Assembly (NCBI GenBank): GCA_043821645.1
Contig: JBDRCO010000068.1
Coordinates: 160,001-224,000, forward strand
DNA length: 64,000 nt
Source: Pseudomonadota bacterium
Lineage (GTDB): Bacteria > Myxococcota > JACRCW01 > JAFGSX01
Direction: 5' to 3'
Below, in pieces: positions 18,178-27,451 of the stretch. Position numbers and translations under genes: made by a program. The notes beneath the pieces are model-generated. The model saw only the letters and a list, made by a program, of their open reading frames with translations, did no database searches and had not been told where the DNA came from. The stretch's first letter is position 1. Each line of letters begins with the position of its first letter.

Positions 18178-19368
18178 CTAGTCCTCGTCGCGACTGGTGC
18201 CGAGCTTCTCGAAGAAGATGTCCTCGATGGTGGTGTGTACGATCTTCCAGATCAGCTCACGATCCGAGCAGCGCACGAACACGCCCAGGGGGATCTGGAA
18301 GCCGCCCTTGTCGCGGCGCCCACCTCCGTAGTACTTGCCGCTCTGATCGTAGCCAAAAAGCTCCTTCATCCACTTGTCGGGATCCACGGTGTGGCTGGTC
18401 GTGCGCAGCGATCCGTCGATGGTCGTGCCTCCGACGATGCCGTAGACCAGCACCGTGTCCACACCCTCGCGCCGCAACAGGTAGTCTGCAGCCTCGCCGA
18501 CACCGTCGCGGTCCTCCTCGCGAACGAAGCGGACACCCGCGATGCAGTAGGTCCCCTTGATGGATTTGCTGTCCAGGGCCACCTGCAGGATATCCATGCT
18601 CTTGGACGAGATGGACTGCCTGGAAATGACGGCCAGCAGCTCGCGGTCGACGTAGGGCTCGAGGATGGCCGAGGCCTCGAAGTCCAGAGTGCGAGCGGTG
18701 ATGAAATCATCGGTGTCGGAACGGATGCCATACATCAGCGCCGTGGCCAGCACGATGCTCGGCTTGTCGCGAGGCCCCATGCCGACGCTGCCGTGGCGCA
18801 GGTACTCGCAGTAGATGGCCGAGGTCGAGCCCGAGGTCTCGCGCACGTCCACGAAGTCCGCGACGACGGAACTGGTGGATTTGTGGTGGTCGACCAGGCT
18901 CACCAGGTGGAGTTGCTGGGGCAGAGGGATGGGCAGGTCGCCATTGGGAGTGTCGACGCAGCAATAGCCGGCGTAGAGGCTCAGATCGAGACTGACCACC
19001 CACTTGGTGATCTCGATCTCGAGCGTCTTGACCATGGCTTTGTTCTCGTGGTGAGACAGATCCTCGAAGTGAATGATGTCGGTTTCGATGCCGAAGCCAC
19101 GGCAGATGTGCTGGTGCGCCATGGCGCTGGCGATGCTGTCCGGATCCGGGAAACCCTTGAGGAAGATGGCCAGGCGCTTGCCCCGGTAGCGCTGCAAGGC
19201 CGCTTCGAGCTCGTGAACCCGTGGCCGGGTAGAAGCATCCTCGGCCGGCTCCTGATCCTTGTCCGCAGCCGCGGTGGAGTGCTGGGCTGGGAGCTGCTGC
19301 CCGCCACCATCCCGCCGCGCCTCCTCGGCTCGCGAGGGTCTCGTCTCCACACTCTTGCCAGGTTCCAT
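18178..19368 (-). CDS. DHH/DHHA1 phosphoesterase (NrnA-like)
   Basis: PDPDSIAS, VDHH, GIRSDT, GSLRT, GGGR motifs. Confidence 0.88.
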   Translation of the reverse strand: MEPGKSVETRPSRAEEARRDGGGQQLPAQHSTAAADKDQEPAEDASTRPRVHELEAALQRYRGKRLAIFLKGFPDPDSIASAMAHQHICRGFGIETDIIHFEDLSHHENKAMVKTLEIEITKWVVSLDLSLYAGYCCVDTPNGDLPIPLPQQLHLVSLVDHHKSTSSVVADFVDVRETSGSTSAIYCEYLRHGSVGMGPRDKPSIVLATALMYGIRSDTDDFITARTLDFEASAILEPYVDRELLAVISRQSISSKSMDILQVALDSKSIKGTYCIAGVRFVREEDRDGVGEAADYLLRREGVDTVLVYGIVGGTTIDGSLRTTSHTVDPDKWMKELFGYDQSGKYYGGGRRDKGGFQIPLGVFVRCSDRELIWKIVHTTIEDIFFEKLGTSRDED

Positions 19369-19552
19369 CCTGTCCCCTCGTCACCACCCCTGAGGGTAGT
19401 TGAAAACATCGCCCGCCGTGGTGCAAGCCCTGCGCATGCTGCACTGCGTCACCTGGCCATCGCGAGCGCCGCGCCGGGCAACATGGGTGGTGCGCTTGAT
19501 GTCCGTGCTGCTCTCTGGCAGGGTCCTCGGTTGCTCTGGTGACGGAGGACGC

Positions 19553-21889
19553 GTGCCCCAGGACCTGGTCAGTACCGAGCACCATCCCGTGATCCTCGAG
19601 GAGGAGGCCCTGTACCAGCGCGTCCGGGAACACCTCTCCCAGGTCATCGTGCAACGCGCCGGTGCCATGAACCTCGATCGAGAGCTGGTGGCTCTGCGCG
19701 ACCAGATCGCCGAAGCCAGGCTCGAGGATGTGGCTCCCCTGGTCGAGCACATGTACCGCACCGCCGCCCTGGCCTCGCACCGCGGGATCGCGATCACTCC
19801 GCCGCCGGATCCGAGATCGCCCTACTTCGGCCACATGAGTCTGCGCGAAGGCGATCGCGATCGCGAGGTGCTCCTCGGCAAGCGTTCGCACATCGACCAG
19901 GACGCGGGGGTCATCATCGTGGACTGGCGCAACGCGCCGGTCAGCCGCATCTTCTATCGCTACGAGGAGGGGGATAGCTACGAGGAGCCGATGGCCGGGC
20001 GGGTCGCCGAGGGCGTGGTCACGGCCCGCCGGACCGTCTCGATCTACAACGGGGTGCTGCGGCGCATCACCTATCCGGATGGTAGCTACGTTCGCCGCAC
20101 CGACGGTCGCTGGAGGATGTTTGGCGGCGAGGAGGCCCAGCTCGCCGGTGGCCAGCGCACCGCCCTGCGGCCTTCCGCCGAGAGCCGCGGCGCACCGCGC
20201 GGTCAGGCACGGCAGCGCCTCGGTGTCACCGAGGACGGGATGCTGCGCCCGGACAAGCACCTGCCGGAGATCGCAGCCCTGCTCGACCCAGCCCAGTTCG
20301 GATTGATCACCGGTGCCAGCCGCGGTGTCATGGTCCTCGCGGGTGGCGCTGGCAGCGGCAAGACCACGGTCGCGCTGCACCGGATTGCCTATCTGCATTT
20401 CCAGGACCCGACACGCTTCAGGCCGCGCAACATGCTGGTGGTGGTGCCACAGCGAGGTCTGGTCGAGTACGTGTCCCGGGTGCTGCCCGGGCTGGAGGTC
20501 GAGCGCGTCGAGGTCACCACCTGGCTGAGCTGGGCCCGCCACACCCGGCACCGCATGCTGCCACAGCTCCGCTGGCGAACCGTCGACGAGGTGGACGAGC
20601 GCGTGGCCGCGGTCAAGAAGCACCCCGGCATGCTGGCCGTCATCGACCGCTACGTCACCGATCAGACAGCGCAGTTCCGGGCCGAGCTGCGCCAGGCCCT
20701 GAGTCACGACGGCGATGTTGCACTGGTGCTCGAGGCCTTCGAGCAGGGTGAGGCCACACCTCTCGCGTCGCGGCTGCAGGCCGCCCGGGCCCGCGCTGCC
20801 ACCGTCGGTGGCCGCGCCCGCGATGCCGTGATCAAGGTCCTGGCCCTGGCAATGCGTCGTGTCGACGACATCCTCGCGGACTGGGCCGACATCTGCTCGG
20901 ATCCGGTGCGCCTGCGCGAGGGCCTGGCCGCCACCGCCAGCCCTCCGGATCCGCGATCCATCGACGCCACCGTGCGCGCCACCCTGGCCCAGCTCGAGCG
21001 TCCCGAGGAGGTGCTGGACGCCGTCGACGAGGAGCGCCGCATCGGGGTTGACGGCCGCAGCGAGGATCCGGGTCTGGCCGGCCGACTGGACCCCTGCGAC
21101 GAGGCTCTGCTGTTGCGCTTGTGGCAGGTCAAGCACGGCGACCTGACCACCGACGCGGGCAAACCCATCCGCTACGACCACGTGACGGTCGACGAGGCAC
21201 AGGACTTTTCCCCTCTCGAGATCCAGGTCCTGCTGGCACAGAGCCGCGAGCAAACCATGACCCTCGCGGGCGACATGGCCCAGAAGATCGTCTTCGATAC
21301 CGGTGTCGACAGCTGGGAGGCCCTGCTGCAGGCCCTGGGCTGCATACGCGCCGAGGTGCAGACCCTCGAACTCGCCTACCGCTCCACGGTCGAGGTCATG
21401 ACCCTGGCCCACGACGTGCTCGGCCCCCTCGCCCCGGTGACGGCCCCGGCCTGCACCCGGCACGGGGCGGCGGTCGAGCTCTTCCGCTTCAGCGATCCTG
21501 GCGAGGTCGTGGCCTTCCTTGGCGAGGCGCTGCGCTCGCTCATGCTGCGTGAACGCGCCGCCAACGTCGCGGTGCTGGCGCGCTTCGCGGCCCAGGCAGA
21601 TCTCATTCACGAGGGCCTGGCACGCGCCGAGGTGCCTCGGCTGCGGCGGGTGCGCGCCGGGGACTTCAGCTTCAGCCCGGGGGTCGACGTCACCGACGTC
21701 ACCAGCGCCAAGGGCCTGGAGTACGACTACATCGTCCTCGTGGACGTGGATGGGGCCACCTACCCCGACACCCTCGAGTGCCGCCATCTGCTGCACGTGG
21801 CCGTCACCCGGGCTGTGCACCAGCTGTGGCTGACCTGCACCGGCGAGCCCTCGCCCCTCTTGCCAGGCTGGTTGGTCGAGGACAGTTGA
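19553..21889 (+). CDS. HelD-like SF1 (UvrD/Rep-type) ATPase
   Basis: SPYFG, IVDWRNAPVSRIFY, GGAGSGKTTVALHRIAYL, VDEAQD, AGDMAQ, YRST, AKGLEYD, HVAVTRA; GGAGG RBS. Confidence 0.88.
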   Translation: MPQDLVSTEHHPVILEEEALYQRVREHLSQVIVQRAGAMNLDRELVALRDQIAEARLEDVAPLVEHMYRTAALASHRGIAITPPPDPRSPYFGHMSLREGDRDREVLLGKRSHIDQDAGVIIVDWRNAPVSRIFYRYEEGDSYEEPMAGRVAEGVVTARRTVSIYNGVLRRITYPDGSYVRRTDGRWRMFGGEEAQLAGGQRTALRPSAESRGAPRGQARQRLGVTEDGMLRPDKHLPEIAALLDPAQFGLITGASRGVMVLAGGAGSGKTTVALHRIAYLHFQDPTRFRPRNMLVVVPQRGLVEYVSRVLPGLEVERVEVTTWLSWARHTRHRMLPQLRWRTVDEVDERVAAVKKHPGMLAVIDRYVTDQTAQFRAELRQALSHDGDVALVLEAFEQGEATPLASRLQAARARAATVGGRARDAVIKVLALAMRRVDDILADWADICSDPVRLREGLAATASPPDPRSIDATVRATLAQLERPEEVLDAVDEERRIGVDGRSEDPGLAGRLDPCDEALLLRLWQVKHGDLTTDAGKPIRYDHVTVDEAQDFSPLEIQVLLAQSREQTMTLAGDMAQKIVFDTGVDSWEALLQALGCIRAEVQTLELAYRSTVEVMTLAHDVLGPLAPVTAPACTRHGAAVELFRFSDPGEVVAFLGEALRSLMLRERAANVAVLARFAAQADLIHEGLARAEVPRLRRVRAGDFSFSPGVDVTDVTSAKGLEYDYIVLVDVDGATYPDTLECRHLLHVAVTRAVHQLWLTCTGEPSPLLPGWLVEDS

Positions 21890-22134
21890 GGCTCGACCTC
21901 GGCAGCAGCCCGCATGTCGAGTTCTCGTTCAGATTCGACACCACCTGGCTGCCCGGTGCGTAGCGCGCACAGACTTTGCCCCGAGATGACGCAGAGACCC
22001 CACGCGGGATGGTCGATAGCGTGTCCTTGTCACACCCTGGGCGCGGGTCCGCAGGAATCTGCGCCCAGGGCCTTGCTGCATCGATCGCTGACCCTACATG
22101 TCAGGCAACTGACGACACCCGGGTGGAGGGGACA

Positions 22135-22479
22135 ATGCAGTGTGTTGTGATGGGTGCGCTGGCTGGCGTGCTGGCTCTGGGACCCGCTTGCGGTGCTTCA
22201 GCCTCGGTGGCCGAGGACCCTGATCTGCCCTGTTACGTCGTCACCGCGCCGGTGGAGCAGACCGTGGTGTCCTGCCATCCTTCACCGGCCGCGCAGCAAT
22301 GCACGGTACAGCTACGGCAACATCCGCGAAGTGATCAAGCCTCGGCAGTGCAGCTGACCCGGGCGGTGGCAGCCTCCGTGGAAAAAAGAAACCTGGCCCT
22401 GAACCGGATCCTTCCCCGCGAACGGCCCACCTGCCCCTCGGGGCGTCGCGCTGCCAACGGCGACTGTCTCCCCGGATGA
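22135..22479 (+). CDS. Small hypothetical exported protein
   Basis: GGAGGGG RBS, hydrophobic N-terminus, several Cys; no recognised motif. Confidence 0.4.
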   Translation: MQCVVMGALAGVLALGPACGASASVAEDPDLPCYVVTAPVEQTVVSCHPSPAAQQCTVQLRQHPRSDQASAVQLTRAVAASVEKRNLALNRILPRERPTCPSGRRAANGDCLPG

Positions 22480-22510
22480 GTGCCTGGCGCGTGCGGCCGC
22501 ATCGCTGGCC

Positions 22511-23548
22511 CTAGCCCCTGGGCGCGCCAGTGACCTCGTCGCTGTAGGCCTCGCGCAGGTCGGTCGCGGCCTGTTCGCCACCTTGACGCGGAACCCTGAT
22601 CGACAGGATGGCGATGAGGTTGCCTGCGCGCTTGCCAGTGCCCAGGCCCTGCCCCTTGAGCCGAAGCTGCTGTCCTGATTGAGAGCCTGGCTTGATGCTG
22701 AGAGCCAGGGTGCGCCCGTCCGGGGTGAGCATGCTCACCTTGCTGCCAAGCACCGCCTCGTCGACGGTGATGGGCAGATCCACCAGCAGATCCTTGCCCT
22801 CGCGACGGAACACGGGGTGCGCCGCAATCTTGATCTCGAGCACGAGGTCTCCCGCGGCACCGCGACCACCACTCTGGCCCTTGCCCTTGAGGGTGAGCTT
22901 GCTGCCGTCGGGGACCCGGGGCGGGATGTTGACGCTGACGCTCTGGCTCCGCGGGCTGCGACCTCGGCCATTGCAGGCCATGCACACGGACCGGTTGCTC
23001 AGGCCCACCTGGCCACGGCCGTCACACTGGGTGCACTCGACCTCGTCGTCGATGGCGAGCCGCATGGTACCGCCACGCATCGCGGTCTCGAGGTCGACTT
23101 CAAGCGTGCGCGCCAGGTTGCGACTCCGCTGCATGGGACCGCCCCGGCCCCGAAACAGATCGCCAAACAAGTCCTCGACGTTGAAACCACCCGTGCCGGG
23201 AGCACTCTGGAAGCCCCCGAAGCCGTCGCCACCCTCGCCACTCTGCCAGGCGCCAGCGCCCCGGCGCGAACCTGCAGAGCGAGCCCACTTCTGGTAGGCG
23301 CGGGCCTTCTCGGCGTCGAAATTGGGCCGCAGCGCGTCGTCACCGAACTCGTTGTACAGCGCGCGCCGGTCGGCATCTCCGAGCACCTCGAAGGCCGCGG
23401 ACACCTCCTTGAAGCGCTCGCTCGAGGCGGCCTCCCCGCCCGTGGCGTCGGGATGATACTTCTTGGCGAGCTTGCGATAGGCCCGCTTGATCTCCTCGGG
23501 GGACGCGCCGCGCGAGACTCCGAGTGTGACATAGAGGTCCTTGGCCAT
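22511..23548 (-). CDS. DnaJ/CbpA-family co-chaperone
   Basis: J-domain with YHPD, G/F-rich region, two CxxCxGxG repeats, DnaJ_C domain. Confidence 0.93.
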   Translation of the reverse strand: MAKDLYVTLGVSRGASPEEIKRAYRKLAKKYHPDATGGEAASSERFKEVSAAFEVLGDADRRALYNEFGDDALRPNFDAEKARAYQKWARSAGSRRGAGAWQSGEGGDGFGGFQSAPGTGGFNVEDLFGDLFRGRGGPMQRSRNLARTLEVDLETAMRGGTMRLAIDDEVECTQCDGRGQVGLSNRSVCMACNGRGRSPRSQSVSVNIPPRVPDGSKLTLKGKGQSGGRGAAGDLVLEIKIAAHPVFRREGKDLLVDLPITVDEAVLGSKVSMLTPDGRTLALSIKPGSQSGQQLRLKGQGLGTGKRAGNLIAILSIRVPRQGGEQAATDLREAYSDEVTGAPRG

Positions 23549-23698
23549 CGGTGAAGCTCCTTTGGTCGGCGCGTGACCCACCCGATGTCATGGGCGCCGG
23601 TGCGCGACTCCTATAAAATGCGCACCGTCCCATATCCAGGCAAGTCCTGCAGCCCTCCCCGGTTGGAAGCCCGGGACACATGGTCTAGGGTGTCCGGC

Positions 23699-26600
23699 AT
23701 GGCCCTGGACCCACCACCACCCGCTGCTGCAGCCATTGAACCCTTTGTCCGGCAGCTGCTGGAGTCCGCGCCCTTTGGCTTGCTGATGCTGGGCGCGAAT
23801 GGGATCCCCCTGCACGCCAACACGGCGGCTCGCACGCTGCTCCGGCTCGAGCGCAGCGCTACCGATGGCGGCACCTGGTGCCCGGTGCAGTGGCCCACCT
23901 TCGAACGAGAGGGTGAGCTGCTGCCCGCCGGGGAAGATCCCATCACCCAGCTGCTGGCCCACGGCCTGGCCACCAGCCAGAAAGAGTTTCTGGCGCGCTG
24001 GCCCGACGGCTCCAGCTGCTGGCTGCAGCTGTCGTGTTTTGCCCTGGATCAGCCAGGTCCTGCGCGGCAGGGATTCGTGGTGAGGCTCGAGGACATCACC
24101 GAACGCGTGCAGACCCGCGAGGACCTCCTGCGGAGCGAGGAGGCCTTTCGCCTGGCCTTCGAGGCCTCGGCAGACGCGATCTTGTGGGCTGACGCCGAGA
24201 CCGGTCTGCTCGTGCACTGCAATGGGGCGGCCGAACGCTTGCTCGAACGGTCGCGCGCCGACCTCGTGGGCAAACCCCAGTCGACCCTGCACCCGGCCGA
24301 GCTGGTCGAGCACTATCAGCAGGTCTTCGCTCGGCACGTGGAGAATCTCTCCGGTCTCGAGCTCGAGGCCGAGGTGATCACGCCCACGGGTGAACTCCGG
24401 CCAGTGTCCATCGTGGCCTCGGTGGCCGAGATCCGGGGTCGCCGGGTGGTGCAGGGCATCTTTCGCGACCTGCGAGAGCGCCGGAGGGTGGAGCTGGCCC
24501 TGCGCTCGAGCCAGAGCCGTCTGTCCTCGGTTCTCAACGCGATCGCCGATCCTGTCTTCGTCAAGGATCGCGAACACCGCTGGGTGCTGTTCAACGATGC
24601 GTTCGCCACTCTCATCGGGCAGCCGCGCGACGCCATGTTCAGTAAGAGTGACTACGACTTTTTACCGGCCGCCCAGGCCGATGTGTTCTGGGAAAAGGAC
24701 GAACAGGTCCTGGTCACCGGGGAGACCAACCTCAACCAGGAAACCCTGACCGACGCCACCGGTGTGACGCACCACATCGTCACCCGCAAGAGTCGCTACG
24801 TCGATGCCTCCGGCGAGGCCTTCATTGTCGGCGTGATCCGCGACGTCAGTGATCGACACCAGGCCGAGCTGGATCTGCGCCATGCCAAGGACGAGACCGA
24901 CCGGGCCAACCTGCAGCTGCAGGAGGCCGTCGACGAGATGCGCCGCCTGGCCACCCTGGCCCAGGCCGCGAGCCAGGCCAAGAGCGCCTTCCTGGCCAAC
25001 ATGAGTCACGAGATCCGGACCCCGATGAACGGCATCATCGGCATGGCGGGTCTGCTGCTCTCGACGGAGCTTTCGGCCGAGCAGCGCGCCTACGCCCAGA
25101 CCATCCTGCACAGCAGCGAGGCCCTGCTGGTCGTCACCAGCGACATCCTGGACTACTCGCGCATCGAGGCCGGCCGGCTATCCCTCGAGGACCTGCGCTA
25201 TGACCTGCGCGAGCTGGTCGAGGGCGTCAATGATCTGATGGCTTACCGAGCCCACGAACGGGGCCTCGAATACGTGTGCAGCCTGCCTCCGACGATCCCC
25301 GTGCGGGTGCGCGGCGACCCGGGGCGGGTACGCCAGATCCTGACCAACCTCATCGGCAACGCGATCAAGTTCACCGATGCCGGCGAGGTCGTGATCGAGG
25401 TTCGCGCCGTGCGCGATCCCGTGCAGCCGCGGCTTCGCTTCGAGGTCAACGACAGTGGCATTGGCATACCGAAGGCTCGCCAGGAACAACTGTTCGCGGC
25501 CTTCGAGCAGATGGACAGTTCGACCTCGCGACGCTTCGGCGGCAGCGGTCTTGGCCTGGCCATCTGCCAGCGTCTGGTCGAGCTCATGCACGGGCAGATC
25601 GGTGTCCACAGCAAGCCCGACCACGGGTCCACCTTCTGGTTCGAACTTCCGCTAGTCGAGGCGGAGCCGCCCGAGGCGAGCGCCGGGAGCTCTGTCCTGG
25701 ACGGGCACCGGGTCCTGGTGGTCGAGGCACACCCCGAATCGCGGCGCGTGCTCACCGAACAGCTCCAGGCACTGGGTGCCCAGGTGGTCGAAACCAAGGA
25801 CCTCGAGGAGGCCAGTGCGGCTCTCGACGAGGCCAGTCGAACGTCGAAAGTGTTGGACCTCCTATTTGCAGACTCGGACCTGCTGGGTGAGAGCGGGCGG
25901 GCCACGCTCACCGATTGGTTGTCGCGGGATCCGAATCAGATCCAGGCGCGCATCCTGCTCACGCGCTTCGGCCGGCGCCGGTTTCAACAGCAGCTTGGCG
26001 CACTGTTCCCGGTGGTGCTCAACCGCCCGATCAAGCAGGCCGCGCTGGTGCAGGGCGTGCGCCAGGCTCTGGCGACGGAGGCGAGGCCGGTGCCCGCGTC
26101 ACGGATGCCTGCGCGCGAAGCGTCGATGCCCTCGCTGGGCAACACGCCCCTGCTGCTGGTCGTCGACGACAACGAGATCAACCAGCAGATCCTGCTGGCC
26201 ATGCTGCACAAGGCAGGATTCCGGACCCTGGAGGCAAGCCACGGCCACGATGCCCTGAACGCGCTGGTCGAGCACGAGGTGGACCTGGTGCTCATGGATA
26301 TCCAGATGCCAACCCTCGATGGCGTCGAGACCACGCGGATCGTGCGCGACACCAGCGCACCGTGTCGCTGGCACGATGTGCCGGTGCTCGCGATCACTGC
26401 CTTCGCCGCAGAGGAGGACCGCCGGCGCTGCCTCGAGGCGGGCATGGACGACTACCTGGCCAAGCCTGTGCCCGCGGATCTGCTCATGCAGCGGGTTCGT
26501 TTCTGGCTCAGCCGACGACCCGCGCCCTGGCGGCACGAGATCTCTGTCGCCAGGACCACCGTCCTCGACACCCAGGCCCTGGTGCTCCGGGTGGACGGCG

Positions 26601-26938
26601 ACACTCCGTCTGCCCAGCGGGTGGCGCGGAGCTTCCACCAGTATGCCCGGCGCTTGCACCGCGCCCTTCAGGACGCCCTGGTGGCCGGTGACACCGAGAC
26701 CATGGTCCAGCTCGCGCATTCGGTGTTCAGTGCCGCGGTCAACCTGACCGCCGCGACCGTGCAGGTCTGCGCCCACGCGCTGGAGAAGGCCGCCGCGCGC
26801 GGGGACCTGGCGGCAGCCCAGGATCACCTGGGGCAGCTCGGCGTGGCGCTGCAGCAGGTCGATGAGGCGCTGCTCGACGCCCGTCTTCTCGACCGCGCCC
26901 AGATCGATGAGGAGTCCGAGGAGATGCCGCCGAGCTGA
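23699..26938 (+). CDS. Hybrid sensor histidine kinase (3 PAS, HisKA, HATPase, 2 REC, Hpt)
   Basis: [44 protein letters not shown]-terminal LAHS. Confidence 0.94.
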   Translation: MALDPPPPAAAAIEPFVRQLLESAPFGLLMLGANGIPLHANTAARTLLRLERSATDGGTWCPVQWPTFEREGELLPAGEDPITQLLAHGLATSQKEFLARWPDGSSCWLQLSCFALDQPGPARQGFVVRLEDITERVQTREDLLRSEEAFRLAFEASADAILWADAETGLLVHCNGAAERLLERSRADLVGKPQSTLHPAELVEHYQQVFARHVENLSGLELEAEVITPTGELRPVSIVASVAEIRGRRVVQGIFRDLRERRRVELALRSSQSRLSSVLNAIADPVFVKDREHRWVLFNDAFATLIGQPRDAMFSKSDYDFLPAAQADVFWEKDEQVLVTGETNLNQETLTDATGVTHHIVTRKSRYVDASGEAFIVGVIRDVSDRHQAELDLRHAKDETDRANLQLQEAVDEMRRLATLAQAASQAKSAFLANMSHEIRTPMNGIIGMAGLLLSTELSAEQRAYAQTILHSSEALLVVTSDILDYSRIEAGRLSLEDLRYDLRELVEGVNDLMAYRAHERGLEYVCSLPPTIPVRVRGDPGRVRQILTNLIGNAIKFTDAGEVVIEVRAVRDPVQPRLRFEVNDSGIGIPKARQEQLFAAFEQMDSSTSRRFGGSGLGLAICQRLVELMHGQIGVHSKPDHGSTFWFELPLVEAEPPEASAGSSVLDGHRVLVVEAHPESRRVLTEQLQALGAQVVETKDLEEASAALDEASRTSKVLDLLFADSDLLGESGRATLTDWLSRDPNQIQARILLTRFGRRRFQQQLGALFPVVLNRPIKQAALVQGVRQALATEARPVPASRMPAREASMPSLGNTPLLLVVDDNEINQQILLAMLHKAGFRTLEASHGHDALNALVEHEVDLVLMDIQMPTLDGVETTRIVRDTSAPCRWHDVPVLAITAFAAEEDRRRCLEAGMDDYLAKPVPADLLMQRVRFWLSRRPAPWRHEISVARTTVLDTQALVLRVDGDTPSAQRVARSFHQYARRLHRALQDALVAGDTETMVQLAHSVFSAAVNLTAATVQVCAHALEKAAARGDLAAAQDHLGQLGVALQQVDEALLDARLLDRAQIDEESEEMPPS

Positions 26939-26939
26939 C

Positions 26940-27437
26940 TCAGCCGGCACCGAGAAAGAGACCGCACTCGGGACATTCGTCCCCGCTGAGCGTGACCACG
27001 TTGCCACAGGCCGGGCAGGTCAGCTCTGCCCCCTGCTCCACCGTCACGGCGGCGTCGTCCACCTGCACCCCCTCGTTGTCGAGGAGCTCCCGGAAGCGGC
27101 CGACCAGCGCCTCGCGCACACGTTCCACATCTTCCTCGGCGATGAGCACCTGGTAGCGCTGGAACATGGCCGGCACATCGGTGGCGGCCTCCTCGGCATA
27201 TTCCTGGATGAGGCAGGGAATGCCGCTACCCAGGAGGTGATCGCGGATCTCGCGGCAGGGTTCGAGGGCGCCCAGGGTGACCACCGCGGGGCTGCGCGCC
27301 TCGATGTACAGGCGCGCGCCCTCGAGGGTGGTATCGGGCGGCGCGGTGGGCAGCTCCTCGACCAGGGCGACGTCGCAGGCGGCGCAGCGATCCACGCTCC
27401 GCACGTACTCGGACCGGCACTCGGGGCAGTAGGGCAT
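26940..27437 (-). CDS. Zinc-ribbon flanked protein (DUF2007-like)
   Basis: N-terminal CPEC..CAAC and C-terminal CPAC..CPEC. Confidence 0.7.
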   Translation of the reverse strand: MPYCPECRSEYVRSVDRCAACDVALVEELPTAPPDTTLEGARLYIEARSPAVVTLGALEPCREIRDHLLGSGIPCLIQEYAEEAATDVPAMFQRYQVLIAEEDVERVREALVGRFRELLDNEGVQVDDAAVTVEQGAELTCPACGNVVTLSGDECPECGLFLGAG

Positions 27438-27451
27438 GGGCGCGGTGTCCT

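Noticed and set aside
19369-19552. Rifamycin-associated element upstream of the HelD-like gene
   Set aside because: No matching inverted repeat recognised.
18707-21820. Long antisense/alternative-frame ORFs (1037 aa here; also 32951-35026, 38718-40583, 51511-53223 and others)
   Set aside because: Shadow ORFs typical of high-GC DNA; they overlap well-supported genes and lack motifs.
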